From positions 1,984,001 to 2,048,000 of the forward strand of contig CP089280.1 in NCBI GenBank assembly GCA_023920165.1: 64,000 nt of DNA, given 5' to 3'. The position numbers and the translations under genes are program-made. The DNA comes from Curvularia clavata. Its lineage: Eukaryota. The notes under the pieces are model-generated. The model saw nothing but the letters and a program-made list of their open reading frames with translations. It did no database searches and was not told the origin of the DNA. Shown one piece after another: positions 13,505-27,126 of this stretch; position 1 is the stretch's first letter, and each line of letters begins with the position of its first letter.

Positions 13505-14201
13505 AATGGGAAACAGTGAGAGCTAGTATGGGAAAAGGAGAGATGGAGGGAGTATCTGTCCTGGTGACGCTACGAGGGACTGGTGATGGAATAGGAGTGG
13601 AGATGGCATGCGCCGCAAGGTGTATACCGTAGACGTTTTGTGTCTAATGATATGTTTGTTCACCATTTTGTCTGCTTTCATCTTTGGGGTCGTGCCAAGG
13701 GGCATTATACACCTCCGATATCCTCGTAATGATAGAACTCGATGCTTGTGAAAACTGCATCCATCTATGCAGCAACATTTTCGTGAAACTGATCTAATAG
13801 CAAGCGGAGCCTGACTCCTATACCTGCCGCTATTTGTGAGCAGACAAAACGATGACTACAAACCCTGTAAAGTCAGCCACCTACAGATCCTGGACCTAGT
13901 CTAGCAAGACAGCTTTTGTATTATTATTGAACTATGCATAGCATACAAAGCCAGCGCTTCTCATAGAAAATCTATTGTACAGTAACCCTGATGTATTGCC
14001 GTTGACGGGAAGTCATCATGATTATGGGACGAAGCCCACTTGTTGTACGCCCTCGCTATGCATACCAGGCAGGAAAAAAAAGGCTAAGAAATCCGCAAAA
14101 TAAACCTTTCGAAGAGGAAGTAGATATAAGCCATATTGATGCAAGATGTATCTCTGCATTTTTCATGGGTCGTGTATGAGATGCTGGGTCATCATGCATC
14201 A

Positions 14202-17200
14202 TCATGCATCATCATCAAGCTCGCCTTCGGCGTCAATATCCTCATGACCGTCTGCATCCCTGCTGGCGTCTCTCATCACTATGTCCTCGCTTGACTTTCC
14301 AGTGGTCTCTGGAGTTTGTTCAGCGCTTCCTCTAGGTTCTGGAACAGAGAGCTCTTGAGTGCGTCTTTCAGTGGCTGTGGGACTGTTGTCCACTGCGTAG
14401 CCGGACTTGGCTTGGCCTCCTTGAGAGGGCTGGTCGTCCAGGGAATTCTGAACTGTGCGATCATGCTGCTCCAAATTCTCCAAAATCTGGCTATTGGTAT
14501 CCATATCTGCTGCGCCAGCGTCTACCACGCTCATGTCACCTTCCTTCTCCGTGGCAGAAATCCTTTCGGTGTGCTGTGTAGTACCAGCTTGCGATGCAGA
14601 CTGCCTCATGTTGTGATCCATTCGCAAACGCTGCTTCTCATAGTGCTTCTGCTTTCGCCTGACATGCTGGGTAAACCAGTCGTGTTCTGTGTCGCGCAGC
14701 CTGTCGCCGAATGCGCCCCAGAAGCCTGGAAGAGTAATGTAGCCGCCGCCAACAGTTTTTTCCACCGCGCCAACAGACTCAAGCCAGTTCAAAACGAGCT
14801 GAATCTCGAAGAGCTCAGTCGAGCCCTCTGGGCAGTGAGATTGAATATCAGCTGTCGTGGCACCAGCCATGAAAATCAGCGGTTGTAATACAAGATTCAG
14901 GACATGGTACCACCATGGCCATGTAATGTGCTGACCGTCAATGCTGCTCCAAATGGGAAGCAAAGCATGTGGATCGTGCTTTCCAGGAAGAGGAGGCTCA
15001 GGCAAGGCTTGCCATGACGTAGTCTCCTGTTGGTCGTTGGGTGAGGTAGAACAGGCCAGCTTTCTCAATGGGTTGCCGAACTTGTACTTTTCCGTAGGAA
15101 CGACATGAATGTCCCAGAACATGCGACTTCTATCGATCGCTCTGTGGTTGTACCCACCCTCACAGAAACCCCATACTGATAGCTTAGGGTGAGGGCTTTG
15201 GAATTCGTTGTTGGTAGGGGGTAGTTGAGGAATGAGCTTGACTGTTCCCTCACTGACCATTGTCATGATGGCTGCGAAAGTGCAATCTGCTTCACACCGT
15301 GAAATATTGTAAGAACGCATATCTGGATCTTCGCTTACGAAAGCAGCGTCCATCTTCTTCTTGACTTGGACTGCGGTCATGAAATCCTCGAGCTGAAACA
15401 ATCTCGCATACTTCTTTGCCAGGGCTTGCGTGAAATTGAAGTTGCGTCCCGGCAGAAGGCGCTTGAGCTTTCGCATCCTGATATGTTGCTTTTCCACAAA
15501 TTCTCCAACGACATTGACCAGTGTTGATTCACCTATCTCTTTGAACTTCTCGTGTGCCAGATTCGCGTCATAATGAACCTGTGGGGTTGCCGTGTTTGCC
15601 CGGATCCATGACCTTGCCTTGAGGAGCTTATCTTCGGACGACCAGGTAGCGTTTCGCGATCGATGGAGAGGGGCTGTGAAGGAATATTGCAATTGGAGCA
15701 TCGTTCTTGTTCGATCCGCTGTAGTGGCTTTGAACCAGCTCACACGATCCAGATTCTCGTAGCGCGATTCCTCAATAGCAAACTGCTGCAATGCCTCGCG
15801 CAAAATTGGAAGGGTAAGTTCAGGATAAGCGCATCTGCGTGTTGCCCATCGTACGAGGCCTGCCCAGTCGTGTGTCTCGGGATCCTCGATAGCAGCAACT
15901 TTACCGGCCTCGTAAGCTTCCAGGTATTGTGATTGGAAGGACGTAGCGAGTTCATTTACTTGCTTAGCCATGTGAATCTGTACCCATGCCCAGAGTTTGC
16001 GAGCCCTATTTAGATCAAAGTTTTTGTCGTTTGCGTAAACACTCTGGACCAAGCCCCAGTCCATCGACCCATCTTCCCCAGACAATGAAGATGCGACCAC
16101 GAAGGTGAAGAAGAGCTTCTGGAACTCATCCAGTTGATCAACAGCTTTAGAGTATTGGCTTTCGTTATGTCTGTTGACCTGCATCTTTTTCTTTCCACGC
16201 CGTGAACGTGATGGCTTTCTAGCCCTTGGACCCCTCCTGGGTGGCTGGTAAATTGGGTCGTTCTGATCACCCGTAAGGCCGGTAAGACGTTCAAGCAATG
16301 TTGGAGGTGGACCAGGTTTGCCTCGCTGGACCGTTCCAGGACCCTGCGTCTTGGCCTTAAGACGCGCTTCGCCATAACTTCCTTCGCGGCCGTTCTCCAC
16401 TTCTGAGCCAGATTGTGCGTCTTCGTCTGCGCTGAGCGGTGGTGTACGTGTCGTATCCTGCAACCCAGCGGTGGTTGTAGATGTCACGCGGGCCCTCTTG
16501 TTGGGAGGGTGGTCCAGAGGAACGACAATCCTTACACGCTTCTTGGTATTCTTGACGGTAGCGGCCGGATCGAGGGTCTCTTCATCTGGGAGTTCAGATG
16601 TATCTTCCTTGTCTTGAACGGGCCCTGCAACTGGCAGCGAATCGTGGGTTTGAGCATCATTGTCGTCATGCATCTCTTGCACTTCCCAATCGGCCGGCTC
16701 ATCTTCACTTTCTTCGTCCTCGGATTGCTCTCCGATTGGTACTGGCTCATTTTCTGGCACAGGTACAACAACAGGGCGTGTCCAGACGAGTGAGATCTGT
16801 CCAGTATTGTCGGTGGCTGGGGCGTCGGGTTCGCCATCCTCCGCACCGTCGGACTCCTCACCAAGCGTCGCGATATCTGCAGTATATAATGGAGCCCTCC
16901 GAATGTTCTTGCTTTTGTCATTTAAGCTTGCCAATCTCGCACGCTTCGTACGCGGCGCACCGTCGGACTCTTGAGGCTGCTTTGCAAGTGCTTGTTCAAC
17001 TCGAGCATTCTGGACTCTGCGAGCCTTAATTTCCAGCCTCTTCTGTTTGTTCCATTCAGACCGTCGGCGCTGTTTGGCTTCATTGATTTGCTTTTCGAGG
17101 TCAGGATTCAATCCGCTGAGGACGACACTCTCATCTTTAGGAGCAGCCTGACTCGGTTGGTAGGAGACAACTTCGCCAATGAGATCGCGAATCTCTTCAG

Positions 17201-20200
17201 GGTAATACAAAAGAGATTTCTCAGAAATGCGGGCGGTGTACTCCTTCTGATTAGAGTATTGGGCCATGTTGTACGCCAACTTCAAGACCTCTGGGCTCCT
17301 TTCATTCAGGTGTGCGTATGTATACATCCTTCTAGTGGTCGTTCCTGGAGTGTTCTTGTTCTGTGAGGCGAAGCTCCAATGCTTCAAACCGAATTCTGGA
17401 CGGGTAGCCATAGTTCTGAGAGTCTGGTTGATAGTACTAAGGGAAGGCTCTTTGATATTTGAGTGCCGCTCTCGCCACAACGTAAGGAATGGCCGCAGAA
17501 TTTCACCACCGCCAGGGAAGACGCCGTTGCAGCGTTTGATAATGTCCATAATGACTTTCTCTCTGAAGCGGCGCTGACTTCCCACTTTTCCGTGTTCCTT
17601 GCCCTTCGTTTTGGTGCCAGGTACACGTGGCACGGGGGCTTCTACAATGGCGCTGTGAATACCGTCACCAAGAGTCTGATTATCATCTTGATCAGAAGTC
17701 GAAACTGTCCCGCTATGAGCAGCGTCTGAAGTTTGTGATGGTGGACGTGTCTCTGGTGTTGGGCTAGCAGCATAAGGGCTCTGATACGGGGAAGCACAGG
17801 GTCGCTCACTCGCGTTGATGGGCACCCAGCCGCCTATCTTGCGTGCCACTGACGGAATTGGTCGTGGGGACTGTTTCCTTGTTGAATCAAGGACAGCCTG
17901 GGGCGCATGTCCGCCTTCGCCTGGGTTTAGAGCCGTAGCTGCATCGTCATCCTTAGCCTTGTGTTCAAAACCCACCGCGCCCGTTACAGGATGCATTGTC
18001 AGCTCTGCGGTGTTTTCATGATTGGATGGTAGTTCCTCGGGTTCAGCTGAAACACCTTTGTCGGCTATAGAAGGTGGCGGGGTGTGGTTCTGAATATTGT
18101 GCTGCATTTCGGTCTGTGGTTGCTCTGATTGCGCAGCACATGAGGGCTGTTTTGAGATGGCCGCCTCTTCCACATAGTGAGGTGTCGTTGTTCTCGTAGT
18201 ACCAGGAGCATGCGGCGTATCATCTTGATCAGTCAGTTGTTCGGGAGCCTCATCCGCAACGAACCAACTCATCTCCGCCAGACGGGGTAGCTTGAATGTC
18301 GCCATTATCGCCTTCCGCGGCCGACCTCTGACAACTTTTTGCCTCACATAGGGATTGAGGTAAATTCCTGGCGATGATCGCCTCTCATAATTATCGAGCG
18401 CCATCCGAGCTGCATGGTCGAGTCGAGAGGAATTAGGAGGTATGTAGATCTTGAGTGCGGGCCTCGACGAAGTCCCAGCCTCCACACGGGGTGAGGCAGG
18501 CTCTTCAATTGATGGATATACGCCCCCAGCTGACTGGGTGATAATTTCCCCATCCAATGAGTCCATGTGGCCGGCAGCATCCGGAAATGTTGCAAGCGAT
18601 GAATTGGAGAGTGAAGCTGATTCCTGCAGAGCCGTTGCTTCTGTACGCCGCCTTTTCGTAGGTACTGGGGAAGCCACTGGAGTTCCGGTCTTTCGCTTTT
18701 CCGAAATACTGTGAAGTGGAGAATCTCTGAGAGAGTTCGGTTCTGCAGTGGTAGGTCTTGACTCTTCATCCACGTCTTGATTGTTCTCGGGTTCATCAAG
18801 CTCTCCAGGTGTTTCTTGAGTAGATTGAGCTGCCTTTTTGGGCATGTTTGATGTCGAGGCTTTGGCCCTCATCTCGTCCATATACATAGCGATGACCTTA
18901 GAATCTTCAAGAGCAATCCCCTCATCTCGCTCCTGACGAAGACCTTCGATAAGATCTTGTGGTAATCGACCATGGTCCTTCCAACCCAACGCTTTCCTTT
19001 GCTGCTTGCTGAGCAAAGTGGGCTCTTTGCAAGATCTTTTCCCTCGCTTCTGTTCCTTCTTGACCAATTTGGGCAGCCCGCGCTCTTCTCGAATCTTATT
19101 CTCTTGTTCTATGCCCAAGCGCCCTCTTGCTGGCATGCCAGCCGCCACACGCTCCTCTTTTGTCATTAGAGGTACACTGAGCTGGCGCCTGGCCCGGTCA
19201 TGCACAATTGTGTCTGGTAGAGAAGTTGGATCTCCTGTCATCTCACGGTGTGCAATGATTTGTGCCTGAACTTTTTTGGTCAACCGAGCATTAGGATCCA
19301 GCCCCAGCGATATCTTCTCCTCTGACGTTAGCGAAAAACCCGAGGTCTCCATTGCCGGGCTTGAATCCCTAGTTACTTGGGCAAGCTTCTCTTTAGTGGC
19401 TTTTGACAACTTCCTGGGCCGGCCTAATGGACGTGGTGTTTTCGGTTTTGGCACAGTGTTGTTAGGCTTTTGGTAGCTGATCTCTTGTCCGAGCGCATTA
19501 TCCCACCGGGGACCATACTTGCGCTGTCTCACGACAACTGCATTTGCCTCAGACAGTGTTGCGGAACCGGATCCCCATACCAGATCGCCTGGCTTGATGA
19601 CGGGGAACCCCCAAGCGTCAACAACTGTGCCGTTTCTTGCAGGATTCAACAGCGCACCAGGCTCAGTATTAGTGACACCTTCCCAGTGAGCGTATTGAAG
19701 TTCTACAGCCTTTTCGAAATTGTTATATGTACGATAGACATAATGAAGAAACTTCTTTTCATCAGTGACACCCTGATCTCTGATGACGGCCAGATGTCTA
19801 ATGTGAGACGGTTGTGTTTTCTCCCATTCGTTTGTTATGCGCGTGAAATAGGACTCCATGGGGCGTCTCCAGAACTGTCCAACAATCCGGTTGCGCAAAG
19901 TCTCAGCATCCCACCCACGTGGGCCACCCAGCGCGACAGCATTGAAGACTATGTTGGGAAGAAAGTGGTCCGGTGTCCATTGCGGAGGTATGACTTCAGG
20001 CCTGTCAATCGCAGATGTATTGGCTTCGGAATTGGCAATGGCCTCGAAATCATCTAACATATCATCTTCGAGGTCTTTCATTATGGAATCACCGTCGGCG
20101 CTTTCGTCTAGCGGGTCTGTGGCGAATTCGTCGCCGGGATTGATTGTACGCCGAAATCCCAGGTTCTTTAGATCTTCTTCCCGTGGTGCACGCAGCACCT

Positions 20201-21618
20201 GAATGCAGGTGATCCAAGCGTCATCAGATGTCTTCTTACGAATTCTGCGTCGCTTGATCATTCCGCTCTGATCTAACCGAATGAGGGCTCCTTGTGTAGC
20301 CCGTTTATTCCATGCCGACATCGGTACGCCCTGAGGTGTATTAGCAAGAGATTTGCAGTTATTCAGTTCAACACACTAACCAATGTCTGCCGCATCGTTC
20401 GCGTGGGGACAATGCCTCCTTCCCCCACCTTGTTGTATAGCAATTGGGCAAAGCTTCTGACCACAAACGTACCATCTTCATGGTATACGTCTTCCACAGC
20501 GCTGGACTGAATGAAAGCATTCTGAGAGACGAACTTTGTGTGAATACAAAGACTAGTCCGCATTTTGTTGGCTTGGACAGGGTACTTGGATATGTAGTTC
20601 TTGCGAGCTAGCTCGTCTGTTCGATGTGGCACTGATCTCTTGTCCTGACCACTGACAGCTATGAGCTCAGGCTGGGTGATGCCAGCTGGACCACGAGCGG
20701 CAATGAGTGAGAGTAGCACAAATTCCATGCTTGGGACCTTCTTCACATCAATACCATGGCCGGTTAATGCCTGCCAGATTCTGCCCTGGCTGGTATAAAC
20801 ACGGGGCGCAGTAATGCTAGAGTTGGGCTCATCAAAGATTGCTACTGTAGCACATGGGGCTTCTGACACATTGTGAGGTGGTCGACGTGCAGATGGTGGG
20901 GATATAGCCTGGCCCAGTAGCCTCGAAGGTTGTTTTGGGCCATTCTCTTTTTCATGGATTCTGTGCCGCAAGGCTTCACCTAGCCCGCCCAGAGTCTTCG
21001 AAGGCTGTACTTTCTTGGTTGTGGACGCACTCGAGTCCTGCCCAGACTCTGCTGCATGTGCATACCCGATTGTGCCAGTCTCATGCAGTTCAGCTGCCTC
21101 GAATTCAGAGAGGGTGTAGTTCCGAACCTCAGCTTTGTAGACGATGCGAATGTCAGGATGGCTGGTGAGCCACTGCCAAGTGCGTTCATAGAAGCTGCGA
21201 CCAAGACCGTTTGTTGCAAGAGACGCCGCGTCTTGGTCATTGGCATTAGATTGCGCATCATTTTGACGCTGACTATAGAAGTTCTGAACGAAACGACGAA
21301 AATCTGCACTACTTGCACCTGTAGAATATTAGTGATTGATAACTAGTGTAGTTAACCATCATGCATGCATGAGACAATAAAAAGCAAGAAAAACAAAAAG
21401 AGAACTTGTCAGGAAGACAGCCTCTATCAAAATACTTGGAACATAGATCAAGATGAGGCGAGTGTGGTTGAAAGTGATAATGGTAAGCCACACAAACAGA
21501 GGCTGGTGCAATTTCAAAGTAAGGACAAAGCGTGCAGCGAGTCATGCATACCTTGAACGCCGAGGAGAGCAATTTCTGAGAGCAAAAAGTCTAAAAGCTC
21601 GTCCAGGCCAGTCGCCAT
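14202..21618 (-). CDS. TFC3: RNA polymerase III transcription factor TFIIIC B-block-binding subunit (Tfc3/Sfc3), about 2380 aa
   Basis: N-terminus MATGLDELLDFLLSEIALLG. B-block domain FVLLSLIAARGPAGITQPELIAVSGQDKRSVPHRTDELA. C-terminal Tfc3-like region (ARSWIRANTAT, LLPGRN). AT-hooks (GRPRK). Introns 21319-21551 and 20331-20380. Confidence 0.88.
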
Positions 21619-21705
21619 GGTATCTCACCCGTCCTTGTGCTACGAATGCATGTAAAGGAGAAGACGGTGAAAAGCTGCTAAGGCATATCCAAAGGTGGCG
21701 GGATA

Positions 21706-21885
21706 GGGTTTCGAACGCGCGCTGCGACAGGCAGATCGGGTTGGTCCGGGAGATGTGACTGACGCTAGCTGACGACAGGGCAATTCGGGCACGCAGAAGT
21801 CTGCGTATTGGGGAGGAAGGCCAAAAAAACCAAGTCGCATTCGTGGGCGGCCGGCTGCAGTTGTCAAGGGCGAGTTTCGAACGCG
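21706..21885 (-). promoter_or_regulatory. Two B-box-like elements (GTTCGAAAC) within an identical 12-bp direct repeat in the TFIIIC subunit promoter
   Basis: GTTTCGAACGCG at 21708-21719 and 21874-21885. The reverse complement matches the B-box consensus GTTCRANNC. Confidence 0.55.
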
Positions 21886-22233
21886 TACAGGTCGTTGTCG
21901 AATCGGTAGATTTTCTGGCTGGGTTTCTGGTGGGGTCCTGCGAGTGCGAAAAAAGAGTCCAGAAGACCGGGACTGGCTCCCCGCATCGCGTCTTGGCATC
22001 TTGGCCCGCGCTCACGCTCTCACTCGCTCTCACCACGCGTGTGAATGCTTGCTTGTTGTTCTCGTGGCATGTGCAAGGAATGATATAAGAGCCTATTCCT
22101 GCTCATTTGGAGTTTTGCTGACTTTGGTTGCGTATGCTTCTCTCTCTCCAGACTCTGGCAACTGAGCTTGAGGCAGAGTATTTCGGGCACCAAAAAATGG
22201 TTGTTCTTGGCCGCTGTTATACTAGCATACGCC

Positions 22234-23253
22234 ATGTTCTTCAACTCACCCTTTGGGGCCTCTACATCTAAGCCCGGCCATGGATCCATCATTGTCGACC
22301 TGCTTTATCAAGACAAACCAGTCCTTAGCACTGTCTCTTACCAATACCCACTCAAGCTAGTTGCACCAGACCCCCTGCCACCACCGAGCCATGACGACGA
22401 GGAAAATAGCAAGACCGGGCCTCCAACGCCAAGCCTGATACACACAGTCTTCTTACTCACTTATGGAGGTGGCATCATCGCCGGAGACAGTATAGATCTT
22501 GATGTCAAACTAGATACCAAGACCCGGTTGATCTTGTTGACCCAAGGCTCGACTAAGATCTTCAAGACACCTCGGCCAGAGCTGGTCTCTCGACAACACA
22601 TGACGGTACATCTCAAACACGATTCTGCCTTGGTCTATCTCCCAGATCCTGTCCAGCCCTTTGCACACACAGCTTTTGCACAGTCTCAGATTTACCATCT
22701 TGAGAAGGAACAAGGCAGCATGTGCGTATGCGATTGGGTGACTAGTGGTCGCTCCGCACGTGGCGAGAACTGGGACATTTTTGAATACAAGAGCCGGAAT
22801 GAAATATGGACGCTTGATGAAGCAGGAAAGAAAAGACTTCTTATCCGCGACAATCTGATCCTAGACAAACATGGCAGAACCGGAATGCCACTTGCCTCTC
22901 GCATGGATAACTACTCCGTCTTTGGCACAGTGATTATTCGAGGCCCAGTATTCTCATCACTTGCCAAGTTCTTCTTGGATGAATTCGAGGCACTGCCGCG
23001 TATTGGGGGTAGGAACTGGGGGGATAGCGTACAGCCCGAACTCTTACCACACGAGCAGAGGCGACATGGAAGACAGCAGAGAGAAAAGGCGGATGGTTTA
23101 ATATGGAGCGCGGCAAATGTCAGGGGCTTTGTGCTGGTCAAATTTGCAAGCAGAGAAGTCGAGGGTTCGAGGAATTGGCTAAGGGACATGGTCAAGGAAG
23201 AAGGCTCGTTGTTAAGGCATTTTGGAGAGCGAGCCGTCTTGTGCTTGAAATGA
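22234..23253 (+). CDS. ureD: Urease accessory protein UreD
   Basis: YQYPLKLVAP, LLTYGGGIIAGD, LLTQGSTKIFK, LPDPVQPF, DWVTSGRSARGENW. Intronless. Confidence 0.93.
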   Translation: MFFNSPFGASTSKPGHGSIIVDLLYQDKPVLSTVSYQYPLKLVAPDPLPPPSHDDEENSKTGPPTPSLIHTVFLLTYGGGIIAGDSIDLDVKLDTKTRLILLTQGSTKIFKTPRPELVSRQHMTVHLKHDSALVYLPDPVQPFAHTAFAQSQIYHLEKEQGSMCVCDWVTSGRSARGENWDIFEYKSRNEIWTLDEAGKKRLLIRDNLILDKHGRTGMPLASRMDNYSVFGTVIIRGPVFSSLAKFFLDEFEALPRIGGRNWGDSVQPELLPHEQRRHGRQQREKADGLIWSAANVRGFVLVKFASREVEGSRNWLRDMVKEEGSLLRHFGERAVLCLK

Positions 23254-23603
23254 GGGGGTGCAGAATGAACAATACCATGTTGAGCAAACAATTGGCATAA
23301 AGAGAGTCTATAGAGCCGGTCATGACTAGGCCACAGTAAAACAGCAGAATGCACTTGCCTGAGACATTGCGTTGTCTAGCCCATGTGTTGGCCGTCTTGA
23401 ATTGGCGAGACGAATGCAGGACGGCCACGGCTGCCCCACGCGGGCGCCTGGCCCAAGCACCTCGCTCGCCGCACCGAAAGTCGAGTGTGACGTGCATAGC
23501 CGCCTCTTCGTGTGCGTGCAACGTTGCCAACCGCGTCTAACAGCAAGACACCGGATCCTATGCTACACCAAACCCCTATCCTCGTTCTCTCCTCGTCGCA
23601 AAC

Positions 23604-26566
23604 ATGAGCGGCAGGCTCGTTGCGGGCCGCCTTACCACCCTCGCTCGCCGTACACCGCTCCTCACTCCACGCTTCTACACAACACATTCACTCCCGGCCG
23701 GCGGTCTCCTACGAAATGAAGCCGGCCTCAGGCTGGTGAAGCGGCGCCCGTGGCCACTGGGCAGCTATGCACTGCACAATGTTCCCGCTACGCGATCGAT
23801 ATCTTTTGCGAGAGTGATTCCCAAACTCGTGGGCAAGTTTGCGACTGCGGGTGCCGCTGCAGGAGGGGCCGTTATTGCTGGTGCCTCATACCTTCAGTAC
23901 CAGGCCGGCCGTATGTATCCATTAAAGCCAAGACCTAATACACGATAAAACACTAACAGGCAACAGAGGCAGGTACCTTTGCACTCGATCTCTTCCACCG
24001 AACAAAGGACAGCGCCACTGAGCTTGCGGGCGGGGCCATCGACACGGCCAATGGATTCTTCGATCAGATAGAAAAGGGCTTCAAGTCGACAAAGGAAGAG
24101 CTCGAAAACGTACAATATCCCGAATGGTTACAGCGAATACTAGCAAAGGATGAATCAGGCGGCTCCGGAGGCAACGGTAGTGGCAGAGGCCCAGAAGAGC
24201 CCAAGCAGAATGGCTCGGGTGCTGCTGCCGCTGGTGCATCGGGCGCTGCTGCTTTTGGATACTCGCAAGATGATGACGACGATGACGATAGACCACAGGG
24301 AGAAAAGATTGCACGGGACGAACAAATGATGATGCTCACTAAGAAGATGATTGAGATACGGGGATTGTTGCAGACCGTTGGCCAATCCGAGTCGCTGACA
24401 CTGCCGTCCATCGTTGTCATCGGATCGCAATCTTCGGGAAAAAGTTCAGTTCTTGAGGCTATCGTTGGCCATGAGTTTCTTCCCAAGGGACATAACATGG
24501 TTACTCGACGACCAATTGAACTCACACTCGTCAATACCCCTGATGCGCGCGCCGAATATTGCGAGTTTCCTGCCATTGGCCTGGGCAAGGTGACAGACTT
24601 TGGTCAGGTTCAAAAGACATTGACGGACCTCAACCTGGCTGTACCGGCCAGCGATTGTGTGTCCGACGACCCCATTCAGCTAAGGATATACTCGCCAAAC
24701 GTACCAGATCTCTCGTTAATCGACCTGCCGGGATACATTCAGGTTGTTGGCCGGGACCAGCCCCCGCAGCTCAAGGAGAAGATTGCCCAGCTTTGCGAAA
24801 AGTATATCAGGGCTCCTAATGTCATTCTCGCCATCTCAGCGGCCGACGTGGATTTGGCTAACAGCACCGCACTGCGAGCATCAAGGAAAGTGGACCCCCG
24901 CGGCGAACGGACCATTGGCGTCATTACAAAAATGGATCTTGTAGATGCCGAACGTGGCGCCAGCCTGCTGAATGACCAGAAGTATGCTCTTCGTCTGGGA
25001 TATGTTGGCGTGGTGTGCCGTGTACCTCCTGGTGCTGGTGGCTCCAAGCTCTTTAGTCGTGGCAATGGCAATATCTCAAACGCAATCACAAAAAACGAGA
25101 ACGCATACTTCTCATCACATCCCGAGTTCTCTGAACGATCAGAGCTCGCTGTAGGCACGCAGAACCTCAAAAAGAAGCTCATGCTTGTGCTTGAACAGAC
25201 AATGGCTGGCAGTCTCAAGACGACCAGCGAGGCTATTCAAAGGGAGCTCGAAGAGGCCAAATACGAGTTCAAGGTTCAGTACAACGAGCGACCTATTAGC
25301 GCTGAGTCATACCTAGCCGAATCACTGGACGCTTTCAAGCATTCATTCCGCGGCTTCACGGAACAATTTGGTCGCCCACAAGTCCGAGATCTGCTCAAAC
25401 ATGAACTGGACCAGCAAGTGCTCAACATACTTGCACAGCGTTACTGGAACAGGCCTTTCGATGACCTCAACGTTCCCTTCCCAGAAAGCGATCCTCTTGC
25501 CAATCTTGCAAAGGCAGACATAGACGGCGAAGACCAGATCTGGCGAATCAAGCTCGACAGCTCCAGCGCCGCCCTGACGAAGCTCGGTGTTGGACGTCTA
25601 GCTACCAACGTAGTTGCTAGCGCACTTCAGGCTCACATTGACCGTCTCATCACAAACTCGCGCTTCGCTGCGCACCCCTTTGCTCGACAAGCCATCACAG
25701 ATGCCTCGAACTCTATTCTAAAGGACCTGTCCTATGACATTTCCGATGAGCTGGAAATTTGCATCAAGCCATACAAATACCGCATCGAAGTTGAAGACAA
25801 CGAATGGGCCAAGGGCCGTGAGAACGTGACTGCCGTACTCAAAGAAGAGTTGAAGGTTGTGGAGGCTGCGGTCAAACAACTCGAGGACCAGGTTGGTGGC
25901 CGCAAGAAGGTCAGGGACGTTATGTCTTTCATCGACCGTGTGCGAAGTGGTCAGGTTGCTCTAGAGGGCGATGGTGTTGGTGGTGCTGGTGGCTTCAGCT
26001 CAGCGCTTCTGGCCAAGGGTACGTACCATAGATCCTCTGTTTGAACGCAGCATACTAACGATTCCACAGGCCGTGAAGCAGTCTTTCTCCGTGATCGTAT
26101 TGACGTGCTCAAACTCCGCCTTACCGCCATCAAGAGCAAGCAATGCGCCAACAAGAAGAACAAATACCACTGTCCTGAGGTCTTCCTTGATGCTGTCGCC
26201 GACAAGCTCACCACGACCGCCGACCTCTTCCTCGACGCGGAACTGCTTTCCAAGTTCTACTACATTGTAAGCCTTTACCTCACCTTCTCTCCCATCCCCC
26301 TTATCTAACATCTCTTCTTCTCGCAGTTCCCCCGCGAACTCGACGCGCGTCTAGGCCGCGGCCTCTCACAAGAAGAAATCGACCGCTTCGCAAAGGAAGA
26401 TCCAAAGATCAAACGTCATCTCGATGTCGTCCGCCGCAAGGACTTGCTCGAGCACGTGCTCAAGGAGATGGAGGGCTTGCGCCAGTTGGAGCAGCGCGAG
26501 AAGCGTATGATGAGTCGTCGCGAGGAGCGTGGCGATCGCAGGAGGAAGGGCTGGAGTATGTTTTAG
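23604..26566 (+). CDS. MGM1: Mitochondrial dynamin-like GTPase Mgm1/Msp1
   Basis: Arg-rich presequence. LPSIVVIGSQSSGKSSVLE, DLPG and TKMD motifs. Introns 23911-23966, 26019-26069, 26267-26326. Confidence 0.95.
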
Positions 26567-27126
26567 ATCTGATTTAACATGACGAAAGAATGAGAGAAAG
26601 AAGAAGGGTGGGATTGGGACTATCATGATGATGATGACGATTATGATGGGAATGAATTGCGCCTTTTGTTGTTGGCTGTTCTTCCCTCCCCTTCTACTTC
26701 TTCTTATTCCCTTCTTCTTTGCTCTATTGTGTGCGCGTTGTGTACATTTGGAGGACTTTTATAGACTGTATGGCGCTAGGGGCGTATATGTACATGGGTT
26801 CCCTAGAAAGGAGAACGGGGGAGGAAAGGGAGAGGACAAAAAACTTCGCTTATCCTTATTGAATGCTGTTTCTTCTATGTCAAGCCATAGCTTGTCTTGC
26901 GCTCCGTGTGGGTTTTCTGATGAGCTTCATCGGTTGCAGAACGTTAATAGTGATGCCGTCGAAGTCAGGCCGAAACAGAGAACCGGTAGCTATTGCATTT
27001 GAAAAGCATTCAATTTTTTTTTCATTCAGCCTAGATATTCTTTCACATTATCATGACCAATAAGGGGTATCGTCGAAAAAAGTCTACAAAACGAGAAAAA
27101 CAAACGTGACATCTCAGCGGTCCTCT

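Noticed and set aside
14185..14220. Short CATCATGCAT tandem repeat
   Set aside because: It is a small slippage duplication over the TFIIIC stop codon, with no sign of a mobile-element footprint.
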